A DNA stretch of 64,000 bases from Naegleria gruberi. Lineage: Eukaryota. The notes under the pieces were generated by a model, which saw nothing but the letters and a program-made list of their open reading frames with translations, did not search any database and had not been told where the DNA came from. The translations under genes and the position numbers were made by a program. Below, one piece after another: positions 11,149 to 22,243 of the stretch. The stretch is from the NCBI GenBank assembly GCA_000004985.1, contig GG738905.1; one strand, 5' to 3'. Each line of letters starts with the position of its first letter. Position 1 is the first letter of the stretch.

Positions 11149-12828
11149 ATGACATCTTTTAATGATGTGGAGGATCAAGTTGTCATTTATTTAGATCATC
11201 AAAAAGATGGGAAAATTATCTACTCGGAAACAAATTCTCTTCTCAAGACGAAACTCTTAGCGGAATTAGTACAAAAACGAAACCATATTCAAGATTTGAA
11301 GGAATGTGTAAATTCTGGAGATAACAGTGTGAGAATGATCCTCCTTTCTCACTTTCCGATAATTGATAATCATGATCAAACCTACTTGTTGAATATTTTG
11401 GAGACTTTTAAGGAAGCATTTAAATTTGTTCCACAATCATTGAAGAATGATCGAAATTTTGTTCTGAAATGTTTGGAGGTGAATGGAGAATTATTTAAAG
11501 AGTATGAAATACTCGCGAATTATGTTTATACAGACGAGAGAACAGGGTTTTCATTTATTCGAAAAGCTTTTCAATTAGAAAGTGTCGTGAAACAGTTGGA
11601 TCCAAAGACAATTCTAAGTTTACCCTATAGTCCTTTACAGTATATCATTTCGAATAGAGAATTTTTTATGAAAGCAGTTTCAATCAATCCAACTATATTT
11701 TCATGTGCCTGTAGAACACTAAAGGCAGATGATGAGCTACTATTTGAAGCAGTGAAATATAATAGACAACATTTGAAATTTGCCTCTCTTAAACAGTTGG
11801 AAAATAGAAATTTAATATTTAGAGCTTGTGAAACCAAGGAAAGTAGTAAAATTGGATATTGGAGTTCAGTTTTGACGATTGCTTTGCCATTAGCCAAGTA
11901 TAATCCAGAATTAGCTTTGGAAATAGTGGAGAAAGACCATGAATCTGTTGCATGTGCAATCAAACATTTCAAAAATCACGAGAAAATAATAATGAAAGTA
12001 ATTGAGATAGCTCCATACTTGATATTCAAAGTTATCAAAAGGCAAGAATGGTTTCCAAATATGAAAGAAATTTGTCTATTAGCCCTAAAGAAAGATCCAT
12101 TGATCTACAAATACCTGGGGAGATTTAGATATGATAGGGACATTTTCAAGTTTGCTAGTGATTGTGGTCATATATCTATATCATACTTATATCTGTCACC
12201 TGAAATGCTAGGTGATAAGGTTTTCGCTGTTGGACTTGTAAGAAGTGTAAGTCCATTGTATTTTGAGAGACTTGATGAGAATCTGAAAAGGGATCGTGAT
12301 GTAATCCTAGCTCTTGCTGCACATTTACAAGTACTACAGCAAGAATTTAAAGAGAAGTATTTACCAAATTTAGAGAATGACAAAGAATTTTTATTAGAAG
12401 CAGTGAGAAGGAAGAGAAACGGCTTCTCTATTCTTTCATTCGCCTCAGATGAGTTGAAACAAGATAGAGAACTAATTCTTTCTGACATTAGAAAATGCAA
12501 CAATTTGAATCTAGTTCCTATCCATCTCAGATCAGATCGAGAAATAGTAGAAACTTTTATTAAGAATGTAAATTTATTTCTTTTTGATCCATCAAGTTTT
12601 CCTGATAGTCTATTGGAGGATAGTGAGTTTGTTTGGAGAATGATAGATTTGCGTCCTAATTTGATAAAAAAGTTTCCAAATCATGAATTTTTCAAAGAAA
12701 AGAAAATAATTCTCAAAATGATTTCTAAAAATATTCTCTGTAATGAAATTATTTCAAATGAACTTAGAGAGGACAGGGATATTAAATTGGCATTGATAAA
12801 AATAGGGAATTATCCATTCAAGGAATGA
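11149..12828 (+). CDS. DUF4116-type repeat protein
   Basis: About 10 degenerate repeats of roughly 35-40 aa match the DUF4116 pattern. Examples are LKNDRNFVLKCLEVNG, LKADDELLFEAVKYNRQHL, LKRDRDVILALAAH, LENDKEFLLEAVRRK, LKQDRELILSDI and LREDRDIKLALIKIG. Confidence 0.6.
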   Translation: MTSFNDVEDQVVIYLDHQKDGKIIYSETNSLLKTKLLAELVQKRNHIQDLKECVNSGDNSVRMILLSHFPIIDNHDQTYLLNILETFKEAFKFVPQSLKNDRNFVLKCLEVNGELFKEYEILANYVYTDERTGFSFIRKAFQLESVVKQLDPKTILSLPYSPLQYIISNREFFMKAVSINPTIFSCACRTLKADDELLFEAVKYNRQHLKFASLKQLENRNLIFRACETKESSKIGYWSSVLTIALPLAKYNPELALEIVEKDHESVACAIKHFKNHEKIIMKVIEIAPYLIFKVIKRQEWFPNMKEICLLALKKDPLIYKYLGRFRYDRDIFKFASDCGHISISYLYLSPEMLGDKVFAVGLVRSVSPLYFERLDENLKRDRDVILALAAHLQVLQQEFKEKYLPNLENDKEFLLEAVRRKRNGFSILSFASDELKQDRELILSDIRKCNNLNLVPIHLRSDREIVETFIKNVNLFLFDPSSFPDSLLEDSEFVWRMIDLRPNLIKKFPNHEFFKEKKIILKMISKNILCNEIISNELREDRDIKLALIKIGNYPFKE

Positions 12829-13029
12829 AAGTAAAAGCTCAAAAACAAATGAAAGTGTGAATTTTTTTAATTGAAAAAAATGAGGTTAAACCTGTGGTTA
12901 TTTTCTCCATCGATATAATATATGAAAAGGAGATATTTGAACCGCTGATAGTTTTACCTGCCTAGTTTGTGTGGTTAAAATTTGAAAGACCAAGGCTTTC
13001 CAAAAGGGTTAAAATTGATATCTTTCTGA

Positions 13030-13100
13030 TGCGTCGACCGGGAATTGAACCCGGGTCACGGCGATGGCAACGCCGTATTCTACCACTAAACCATCGACGC
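13030..13100 (-). tRNA. tRNA-Gly (GCC)
   Basis: The reverse complement reads GCGTCGA TG GTTT AGTGGTA GAAT A CGGCG TTGCCAT CGCCG TGAC CCGGG TTCAATT CCCGG TCGACGC A. It makes a full cloverleaf with anticodon GCC and a 7-bp acceptor stem. It is close to canonical eukaryotic tRNA-Gly-GCC. Confidence 0.9.
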
Positions 13101-13196
13101 TTCACATTCACTTAATACTGTTCCTTAATTCCTAACTAAGGAATTGTGGGTTAAGCAGTCTCATAAAATGTTTGCGGTTAGGAACTGCCTCAAAAA

Positions 13197-14916
13197 ATGT
13201 CTCCACATCATCTATTAATTCTGCTCTTGCTCATTTTCTTGCTGGTTGGCATTCAAATCCAACACACAAACCAGCAGGAAATTAAATTTATCAGAAAATC
13301 ATCACTGATACATCAGGAAATATCATCAGATCAATGGCAACTATCTATAGATGATGATCAAGCCTATTTAATGGAAGAAACAGATTGGACACTCTCCGAT
13401 CACTATTTTACACATTGTTGGAATACCACTCGATTGATGAGAGATGATTTGTATTATGATAGGATGTTTACGATGGGAGAGGAGATTCCATCTTCATTCG
13501 GATGTACTTCTATTCGATTACCAACTGTTTATGAATATTATCCATATAATAGGAAATCAATTTATAATTCAGAATTGAGAAATATTGGATTGGAGGATGA
13601 GGCATTATGTTCGAGAGTTGCTGATTGGGAAAGAAATTTAAATGTGAGCTGTCAGACATTATTGTGTGAAATGGATGGGAAAAGTGAAGGATATTCAGAT
13701 TTGAATGCAATGATTAGACAAAGAACTGATTCAAAGACTAGAATTGAAGATTGGGTTAATTATTGTCAATATTGTAAAGTGGATAATTTGAGGAAATATA
13801 GGGAAGAAAAGAAATGTAATCCCAAAGATGAAACTGCCAATTTTTTAATTAGAAAGTTTCCAAACTCTGCATTCTTTTGTGGATTTCACCAATTTGGAAT
13901 ACCCTTCATTATTAATACGTCGAGAATTGTTGATTTATCAGTGCCTCTGGAACATACTGATTTTTCATTCATTTGCTATTGTAGAGAGAGTCAGGCCTTT
14001 CACTTTAAATGTCCAGATGTGACAACTGAATTTGAGTTGAAAACTGAATATTTTGCATTTTTACTCACAATATTTAACAGTGTTTCGATAATATCTACGT
14101 TAGTATTACCAAAAGGATTTTCAATGATTAAGGATCGCAAAATTAATTGGAACATGTTGACAGCTATTTTCATGCTAAGTGCACAATGTGTATTTGCAGG
14201 ATTTTACTTGTACAAGATCATTTCTGAGGAGCAATATTCAAAGGGAATTGTTTTTTTTGAGTGTGGATTTGGTTTGGCAAATTTTGCCCTTATTTCATGG
14301 CTAATTGAATTTCACAAATTTATTCATTATGTGAGAACGAAAGTAATCTATAAGAAATCTCTGATAATATTGCGATTGGTGATATTTACAAGTTTATCTC
14401 TCATTATATTGTTACCAACACTTCTCATTGCTAACTTGGTTCAATTTAAAAAGAGAAAGATTACATTTATATTCCTCCAATTTTATTTTGGTTCATTTGA
14501 AATTGTAACATTGATTTCCTTAATAGTGGGATCAATAATTATTTACAGAGCTATGAAGCAAATTTCAGATATCGATATTTGGAAAACAAAAGTAAGTTTC
14601 AACACAAGGATAACTTGTTATATCAACACTATTCCAACAGTTCTTAAAGTTTACATTACTCGCTGGTCTACTTTTATTGCTGATAACAATTTGTAATTTT
14701 GTGGTAGGAAGTTTATATTTCATTCGTAGCGATATTGACTTATTTTGGTGGAATCTCAAATTCTTTGCCAACCAGGGGCTGTTCATTGCACTTACGTGGA
14801 TAGAGTACGATAAACTAGAGTTTAATCAATGTTACAGTTGTCAAAAATTAGTAAAGAAGGAAAAGTCAGATCTGGAAGTTGATTTGAGTTCAGATTACGT
14901 ACAGGTTAAAGAATAG
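13197..14916 (+). CDS. Orphan 7-TM receptor-like protein with an N-terminal Cys-rich ectodomain. Exons are 13197..14591 and 14641..14916.
   Basis: A signal-peptide-like N-terminus (LLILLLLIFLLVGIQ) precedes a roughly 260-aa Cys-rich region and then seven hydrophobic helices. A 49-nt GTAAGT...AACAG intron joins ORF 13197..14696 to ORF 14677..14916 in frame. Confidence 0.6.
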
Positions 14917-15053
14917 AGTTGATTATAAATTTGATAATATATTTATATTTATTACAGATATTGTTCTAATCAACAATGGTATTCTTGACTTGTTGTCAAG
15001 ATTCTAATCATAATGAGCTTATCAATACTCGCCACACTTGGAAATGGATACAA

Positions 15054-16757
15054 TTATTCTTGAACCTCAATTGTGATTGAGTTTGAATCCACAGCAGTTG
15101 GATCAGTGGTTGGCTTCTTTTTGTCTCCTTCTGCCAAGCATGGAACTCCATTTAACTCTTTTATCGATTGCTTGAATTTAGTCCAATTATTTTCGCAATA
15201 CACTAAACAATCCAAAACTCTATCATTGTGGAAAATGTCAATAAAGTGAGAAATCATAAGTTCACAAACAGAACTGAGGGCAGGTAAGTGTTGAGCCAAG
15301 AATTGTTGCTTTGAAACGTTGAGTGAACTTGGTGGATAGGCAAAGACAGGACCAAAAACAATAGCCAAATTGGTTTCCTTCATCATGTTAATGTGACTGA
15401 ATCTGGTAATTCTGTGCAACAAGCAACACATACATTGCAAAAGGAAGTAGTTATGTTCTGGAAGTTTGTGCATAATTTCTCTGAGGTGATCAATCTTTTC
15501 ATTCTTATCTGAAATTTTATCCAATTGAAGTACCGATGAGTAGAGAGCGTGTGGAATTGGTGGTTCTGGCAATTCTCTCAAAAACAGTTTTAATAAACCT
15601 CCAATTGTATGTTCATCTTCTCCTTCAGAAAATTGAATATCTTGATCTGGATTTTGATCGAATTGAATTTCATAAGCTCTCATACGATTCTTGTTACCAG
15701 GAACACGGAATAAACCTTCAGTTGTCAAATTATTTTGATAAAGTCTAGAAATACACTTGTAACAAATATCAGGTAAAACTCTTTCTGGATGTCTAGCATG
15801 TAAATCAACAAGTGGAACACCAAATGTGACTTTTCCTTGAGTTGACAAATCATAACGACATTCAACTCTCATATGAATTTTACCAGATGATTTTTCACCA
15901 ACAACAACTGGACGAAGAGGGAACCAATCTTCCTTATCTGCTCCAGCTCTAGCACTTTCAATTTTAACAACAACTTGTCCCATAATATCATCAGAGTGGA
16001 ATCTATCCTTATCAAACATGATCACATGCAAATCACAAGGTAATCTAGAAATTTCAAATTGGAATTCTTCACGCCATTTTGGCTCCAAAGTATTTTGTTC
16101 AACTTTTGTATGTTCAACTTTGTGTTCCATATTTAAAACAAGATAAGGATCTGCCAATCCTCCCATCAATGCAGTATCATGTTTTTCCAAATCCTTTGCC
16201 TCTCTAATTTTAACATAAACCTTAGCTTTCATTTGGAAAACTGTTGGTGCAGCCACTCTAATATCATCAGGAACCAATTTTCCAACAGTACTATGAGGAG
16301 CATCAGGATTATTACTCGAATCACTACTACTACCCGATTGTTGTTGTTGTTGATCCTCATTCCTAACATTCTTCTTACTAGTTGTTTTTTTCAAAATTGT
16401 CTCTCTAGCTTGTTCCATTGCTTGTTTCAAGGCTCGCAACCACAAATCCTTTTCATCCCAACTCTGGAATACAATCACATAGTGCGAAATATCAGACTCG
16501 AGGGTGATTTGATATTTTTTCTCATCATTCTTCGACTCGTCGATGAACTTGAGCCGAGGCTCTGTGGTGAGAATGTAGGCTTTGGCTTGTGTAGCCTCGA
16601 CGCGGTGCGGATCAAAGAAAAAGATTCCCTGCGTTGTGACAATGACCCAATTGATACGCCATGAAGGACGGAGGAGGTTTCTACCTTGGCTCTTGATGGT
16701 TTTTCTGTAGAGATAGCCTTGACGAACGGGTATGTCAATGTTATATCTTTGTTTCAA
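15054..16757 (-). CDS. PH - C2 - RhoGAP domain protein. The true start may lie upstream because the reading frame stays open 5' of the track start.
   Basis: The RhoGAP block GLFRVPGNKNRMRAYEIQFD includes the arginine finger. A C2-like block reads VYVKIREAKDLEKHDTALMGGLADPYLVL. The N-terminal PH-like segment reads QGYLYRKT...WRINWVIVTTQGIFFF. The track start is TTG. Confidence 0.75.
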   Translation of the reverse strand: MKQRYNIDIPVRQGYLYRKTIKSQGRNLLRPSWRINWVIVTTQGIFFFDPHRVEATQAKAYILTTEPRLKFIDESKNDEKKYQITLESDISHYVIVFQSWDEKDLWLRALKQAMEQARETILKKTTSKKNVRNEDQQQQQSGSSSDSSNNPDAPHSTVGKLVPDDIRVAAPTVFQMKAKVYVKIREAKDLEKHDTALMGGLADPYLVLNMEHKVEHTKVEQNTLEPKWREEFQFEISRLPCDLHVIMFDKDRFHSDDIMGQVVVKIESARAGADKEDWFPLRPVVVGEKSSGKIHMRVECRYDLSTQGKVTFGVPLVDLHARHPERVLPDICYKCISRLYQNNLTTEGLFRVPGNKNRMRAYEIQFDQNPDQDIQFSEGEDEHTIGGLLKLFLRELPEPPIPHALYSSVLQLDKISDKNEKIDHLREIMHKLPEHNYFLLQCMCCLLHRITRFSHINMMKETNLAIVFGPVFAYPPSSLNVSKQQFLAQHLPALSSVCELMISHFIDIFHNDRVLDCLVYCENNWTKFKQSIKELNGVPCLAEGDKKKPTTDPTAVDSNSITIEVQE

Positions 16758-16772
16758 GAAGGCAATAAAATT

Positions 16773-16839
16773 GGTAGTGTTTTGTTGTGTATTTGATGAT
16801 GATGGTGGTAGTGTTTTGTTGTTGTTGTGTATTTGATGA
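16773..16839. repeat. Tandem duplication of about 30 bp: ggtagtgttttgttg(ttgttg)tgtatttgatga, two copies
   Basis: Direct repeat immediately upstream of the RhoGAP ORF; the second copy carries an extra TTGTTG. Confidence 0.5.
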
Positions 16840-17767
16840 AGTTTTTGGAAGCGGGAGAAAGTTTTTAATTGTTTTTAATTAAATTAAAATAATTCGTGAT
16901 GATGATGTGAAAGATGTTGGAATGATTTATGTTATTTGGGATGTGTTGTGGAATTTTAATGATGATGATGAGTAACGAGGAGAGAAATTAATTTTCGGTT
17001 AATGATGAAATAATTTAGTTTCTCACAAATATTTCGAATATACATACCTCCCAAATTCCTCTAAATCTTTAGAACTGCTAATCATTTGTTTTTTATCAGT
17101 TAGTTTAATAAATAATGTTTCTTTCTACTGTTTCAACGTTAAAAGTGTGTGTAAGTAAAAAAGTGGTATGGGTGCTCCAAACTTTTGGTAGAAGAAACTT
17201 GTCAATTTTTTTTAGGGTGTCAAGTGTCAATCCCTTTAATGTCAAGCAAAGTGTTCATTCTTCATTGATAAGAAGACCTTTCATACAAAACAAATCTCAA
17301 ATATCAAAATATGTAAATGTTCTGTCCCACTATTTCAAACTACAGAATCATGTTGACCTTTTTTACAATTTGATTTTCAACCACTTTCAAAATCAAGGAG
17401 CTATCAACTCCCAATTCCTTCTCAAAGGTTCTATTTTCCTTTCCTAATTACCTTATCTCGACAATCTCTTCCTCATAAAACAAGCAGCTTCTGGCAAGAA
17501 TATCGAGTTTTCTTCCTCATTTCTCAGTTCATCACTTTAACGTGTTGCTGTAATGGGTTGGAAAATTTAATAATAGCACAAAATTGAAAAAAATCGGCAA
17601 AATTCTCTCTACCTCTTTCTTGGAAGCAGATTGAAACTCTTTAGAATTCTCTACTCGAGCAACTTAAAATTGATTGTGTGGTTAATTTTGGTTCATTAGA
17701 ACGTGATTGGAAACAAAAAAAACAAACCTTGTAAATATAAATAACAACAACTAACTAGATTTTGAAA

Positions 17768-18615
17768 ATGGTGTGGGGATTAGGATGGCTTTTGGGAAAT
17801 GGTAAGTTTTCTAATTGTTGTATTGTTCCGATGATGAACGTTAATTGATTTTATATTTGATGATACTATATACAACATTATATAATACTATTTATATTAT
17901 TAAATATTAAATAATTTGCACGTGTAGGAAAGGAAAAGAAGGAAGTGAAGGCAGATACTCACGAACCAGAACACAATAAGAGTATTAATAATATTCATGA
18001 AACTATCGGAACACTGGAAAAGAGAGAAATGGCACTTTTAAAAAAGAGTGAGGAAGAAGAAGCAAAGGCTAGAAAATTCCTCCAAGAAAATAATAGAACG
18101 GCAGCTGCTAATTGTATCAAGAAAAAGAAACAATATCAAACTCAAATTCAACGATTACAAGGACAAAAACAAAATTTAGAAACAACTTTACTGACCCTTG
18201 AAGATTCTGTGACAAATGTAGAGACACTCAAGGCTCAAAAGCAAGCCTCAGATGCAATTAAGAAAGTTTATAATGGTATGAAGACAGAAGATATTGAGGA
18301 TATTATGGATGATATTAGAGATACGTAAGTATAATTTGAATCTTTTTATACGAATTGTTTAATAGTATGGATGATGTGAATCAAATTGGAGATGCTCTAG
18401 CTCAAAATGTAGGTCCTGTATTTGATGAAGGAGAATTATTAGACGAATTGGAACAATTAGAAAGTGATGCTCACGAGGAAGAAATGGCCAAGATTAAATT
18501 ACCAAAAGAAAAGGTTACCAAAGACAAGGATACTACACTGCCTGTTGCATCCAAGAAACAAGTTGATCCTGAAGAGGCTGAACTGGAAAAGGAATTGGAA
18601 GCACTTATGAATTGA
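17768..18615 (+). CDS. Snf7/CHMP4 (Vps32) ESCRT-III subunit. Exons are about 17768..17801, 17928..18324 and 18366..18615.
   Basis: Snf7 hallmarks are present: a coiled-coil core (KKKQYQTQIQRLQGQKQNLETTLLTLE...) and an acidic C-terminal MDDVNQIGDALAQ...DEGELLDELEQLE segment. Two GTAAGT introns are phase-consistent. Confidence 0.8.
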
Positions 18616-18698
18616 TTGTAAATACTAAATTCTCATTTATCATTATTGAATTCTTATTCATTTCCATTTTACAAAGCAATCAACAATCTTTCAAAAAA

Positions 18699-19811
18699 AT
18701 GGGACAATCACAGGCAAAGTCTCCCACACCCGAAATTCAATGCTACTATCCAAAACAATATTTAGTTGGTGGAGGTCTTTACGTTGGAAAATCTACATTT
18801 TGTCGTGGAGTGCTAAGAATGTTTCCAAACTGGAACAAACCTTTCGAATATTCTGATGAGGATTTTGAGAAGGATCTACAACAGATTTCTTGTTTAATTC
18901 TCATTAGACTTTATTTTATGGTAGATGATGATCATCAATATGAGGAATACGAAACGCTGAGACAAGCTATCGGAAATGAACTCAACCTTTCGCGTCATTT
19001 TGATTATGGCCAGGTTACTCATATCATCAATTCAACACCAAATTGCAAACTAATTTTATTGAAAATGTGGAAAGAATTTGAACTGAGACAATTCTATGAA
19101 TCATATTGGATGGACGAAAGAGATTTTAAATTGGGAGAAAATCTGCATCAATTAATTGAAACTATTGAATGTGGAAGGAAGGATTTTGATCCCAAATCGT
19201 TATTTCCTCCAAAAGCTAGAATCAAACATTGTTTCAATGAAAGATTCGTATTCTTTTATTTCTCAACATATGCCTCAAAGTGGATGTATCTCAATCCAGA
19301 AGCAATTATATGTTTTGTATCTTTGAGTGATTTCAATCAAACATCTTATGATTTCTATCCTCGATTTAATGAATCAAAATCTCAAGTAATGGAAGAATTG
19401 CGTAATAGACGATTTTTGAAATGCAAGAAAATTCTAATATTCACTAAACCAGATGTGCTGATTAGGAAATTGAAAGAAAGAATCAAATATAATAGAGAGA
19501 TAGATCATGAAATTAGATCAGAGCTAAAAGTAATTGATCAAGAAAATGTTAAATTGGTTATCAACTCAATCGTTTGTGAATATTTCAAAACCTTATCAGA
19601 TTATGGGGTAGAAATTGACTCATACCACATTATGAACGTGACATCAGATTCAGAAATAATCGAAGTGTGCAACAGGATGTTTCTAGAGAATTCCAACAAA
19701 TCAACTTACATTTCGCCTTGCTTGTTACCGTTTAAATTTCCACCAGACAGACTTTTCAATTATCTCCAACAGGATTTGTTGACAGATGTGTTAATATCAA
19801 CCTTTCAGTAA
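18699..19811 (+). CDS. Second, more degenerate G-alpha-like paralog
   Basis: An MGQSQAK start sits in an A-rich context. A P-loop-like GGGLYVGKST is present. FYESYW matches FYESVW in the first copy. ILIFTKPDVL matches ILFVKPDIL. DSYHIMNVTSDSEI matches DSYHIVNNTSEDDI. There is no DVGGQ block. Confidence 0.65.
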   Translation: MGQSQAKSPTPEIQCYYPKQYLVGGGLYVGKSTFCRGVLRMFPNWNKPFEYSDEDFEKDLQQISCLILIRLYFMVDDDHQYEEYETLRQAIGNELNLSRHFDYGQVTHIINSTPNCKLILLKMWKEFELRQFYESYWMDERDFKLGENLHQLIETIECGRKDFDPKSLFPPKARIKHCFNERFVFFYFSTYASKWMYLNPEAIICFVSLSDFNQTSYDFYPRFNESKSQVMEELRNRRFLKCKKILIFTKPDVLIRKLKERIKYNREIDHEIRSELKVIDQENVKLVINSIVCEYFKTLSDYGVEIDSYHIMNVTSDSEIIEVCNRMFLENSNKSTYISPCLLPFKFPPDRLFNYLQQDLLTDVLISTFQ

Positions 19812-20171
19812 TGAAATTGTTTGAATTTCTAATAATCAAGATTAAGTTTATTTTTGAATAATGAATCAATATCTAGCTTAGATGTGAAATCATTTCATGG
19901 ATGGAAAATTTAATAAGTTGGATTTGTTTGGGAATGGAATTCAAATTTATCAAGAATGAAATATTTTTAGGAGCTTATTGGAAAGATAAGTTTAAAGTCT
20001 TGAATCAAATAGGGGATGAAGATCTTTCACACCAAATTTGAAAAGTGTTAATATCACTAACAACTTTACCATAACTGAGTTTAGAATAAGTATTGGACTT
20101 GAGGGAGATTATATTCCACAATTACCAATTCTCAATTCGAATCGATTTCCCAAAGATGATTTCAATTTATT

Positions 20172-20693
20172 TTAATCTCTCTTTGAACCAGAAGCCTTCT
20201 TAGTCAATTGGATCAACAACATGATAGCACCAAGAGCCATGAATGTAATTGGCAAATGCTTCTTTTCAACAACAGTGAATCTCCAAGCACCCAAACCAGC
20301 CAAAGCAATACTTGAAATGATGGAAACCAAACGAGCATTATCAACACTTCCAGTATAGAACAAGTAAGCAGCAAAGAGGAAAAGAAGAGCAATTGTTAAG
20401 CCACCTGCAAGACTGGCAACAGATCCCTTTGAAATTAAATCCATAATTGTATTATGATGAATAATAAAAACATTCAATTAATGGATTAAATACCATCATT
20501 TGATCATGAAACAATCGGGATGATCATCAAATCATTTAACAATCCAAATATCCAATTATTAGTATTATTGATCATCATTAATAATGTTCAATATATTAAA
20601 AAGCAGATTATCAAACCCTACCTTTTTAGCATAACCCATAAATCCACCACCTCCTAACAACAAGGCATAAACCAAATGCAAAATAACGTCCAT
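20172..20693 (-). CDS. TMEM14-family small membrane protein. Exons are about 20693..20622 and 20426..20172.
   Basis: The protein MDVILHLVYALLLGGGGFMGYAKK|GSVASLAGGLTIALLF... matches the TMEM14 signature (GYxKxGSxxSLxAGL). It has a GTAGGG donor and a CAAAG acceptor. Confidence 0.7.
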
Positions 20694-20933
20694 ATTGATA
20701 ATGATGATCAAAGTTTTTGTTTTTTTTTAAAGTTTGTTCGGAATTCAGCGCTTATTTAGCGGACTAATGGAAGAATCAAATTTTTACTATTTTTCGAATA
20801 TTCAACTTGTATTTAAATTGGTAATTAATTAAAATTAATACTAAATATCAATAGATTTTACAAAAATATTAGAATTACATTAAGATTTTTTTTAATTTTT
20901 AATAAAAATATAAAAGTTGATCAAATTATTGAC

Positions 20934-21636
20934 TTAATCAGTATTGCTTGAAATATCCTTCATGAAAATACTCTTAAATTCTTCAAAATCAACAACACCA
21001 TTTCCATCCCTATTAATTTTCCATTTAAAAAACAAAATATTATTAGAAACTTGACGAAATAAATTCGAAACCTACCTATCAGCTTGTCTAATCATTTCAT
21101 TCAACTCCTTATCAGTTAAAGTTTCACCCAAACTGCTCATCATGGATTTTAATTCTTCATATGAAATAAAACCATCATTATTCTTATCAAAAACTCTGAA
21201 AGCTTCACGAATTTCGTCTTCTGTATCAACATTGTTTCTTCCACCTTCCATCATCTTCATAAATTCTTCAAATTCGATGGTTCCGTTGTTGTCTTGATCA
21301 ACATCAGAAACTATTTTCGGATCATGGAATTATTCGATAGGTAAAATAAACGGTTGGAAAATTCGAAACATGGTAAATTAATAGTAATAATAATAATTAA
21401 TAACAACTCTAGGATTAGAATAAAACATACACATGAGTTGTAATTCTTCAGCTGATGGACATTGACCTAATTTCTTCAAAACAGCTCCCAATTCTATTAG
21501 AAACATTTCGAATAAACAAAAAAATCATAAAATAAGTACCTTCAATAGAAATCTTTCCATCACCATCTTGGTCAAAAAGACTAAAAGCGTCCTTCAATTC
21601 GTTAACAAGTTGATCTTGTGGTTTAGAGTTTGACAT
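20934..21636 (-). CDS. Calmodulin-like EF-hand protein with four exons
   Basis: The EF loops are [36 protein letters not shown] and a C-terminal [10 protein letters not shown]. The block [41 protein letters not shown] aligns to calmodulin [41 protein letters not shown]. Three short introns are present, one with a GTACTT donor. Confidence 0.75.
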
Positions 21637-22243
21637 TTTTTTTGTGTGAGTTTTGACAATCAAAGAACGGTAACTGCCAAGTTTAATCCTTTGAAAGAAT
21701 ATTGCGCATATAGCATAGAGGTAGAAATGGTATGCAAAATAGTGAATGTTGATGGATACTAAGAAAGTAACATGACAGTGGTTACTAATTTTGATTTGAT
21801 GAGTTGATCTATTCGAAGTTGGAATGTTTAATTTATCAGTGAAGGAGCAATAATGAAGAATCATGAAGTACAATGTGAAATATTAAAAGTTAATCATGCA
21901 AGATTACAAAAATGAACCAATTCAAAATGTTCACACTCAAGCATCGTGTGGTTATAGCCATGGTTACATTCATGGTCACTATCACATTGTGTATGTTCCA
22001 GTTAGTTGATCATCAACCTGGGTCAAGGTAGTCAAAGTTGGATTGCTGAGCTAATTTTCTACCTTTGATTCAAGTATGAAATTCAAAATATAATTCAGAA
22101 AATCCAAATATTATCTGCTAATTTTCTATTTTAATTCCAATTTAAATTAATCTAAATAATTTGTTCAATTTTTTGAGAAATCCACTTCTTTTTCTTATTA
22201 TTATAATATGAATGCCAATCTAAAAGAAAGAATACACAATAAG

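Noticed and set aside
17115-17447. Plus-strand ORF of 110 aa between the RhoGAP and Snf7 genes
   Set aside because: It has no domain and no start context. It lies in the divergent promoter region of two well-supported genes.
21448-21873. Track ORF 21448..21873 (-) of 141 aa
   Set aside because: Only its last roughly 33 codons are real; they form exon 1 of the calmodulin-like gene from the ATG at 21636. The rest is read-through of the 5' flank.
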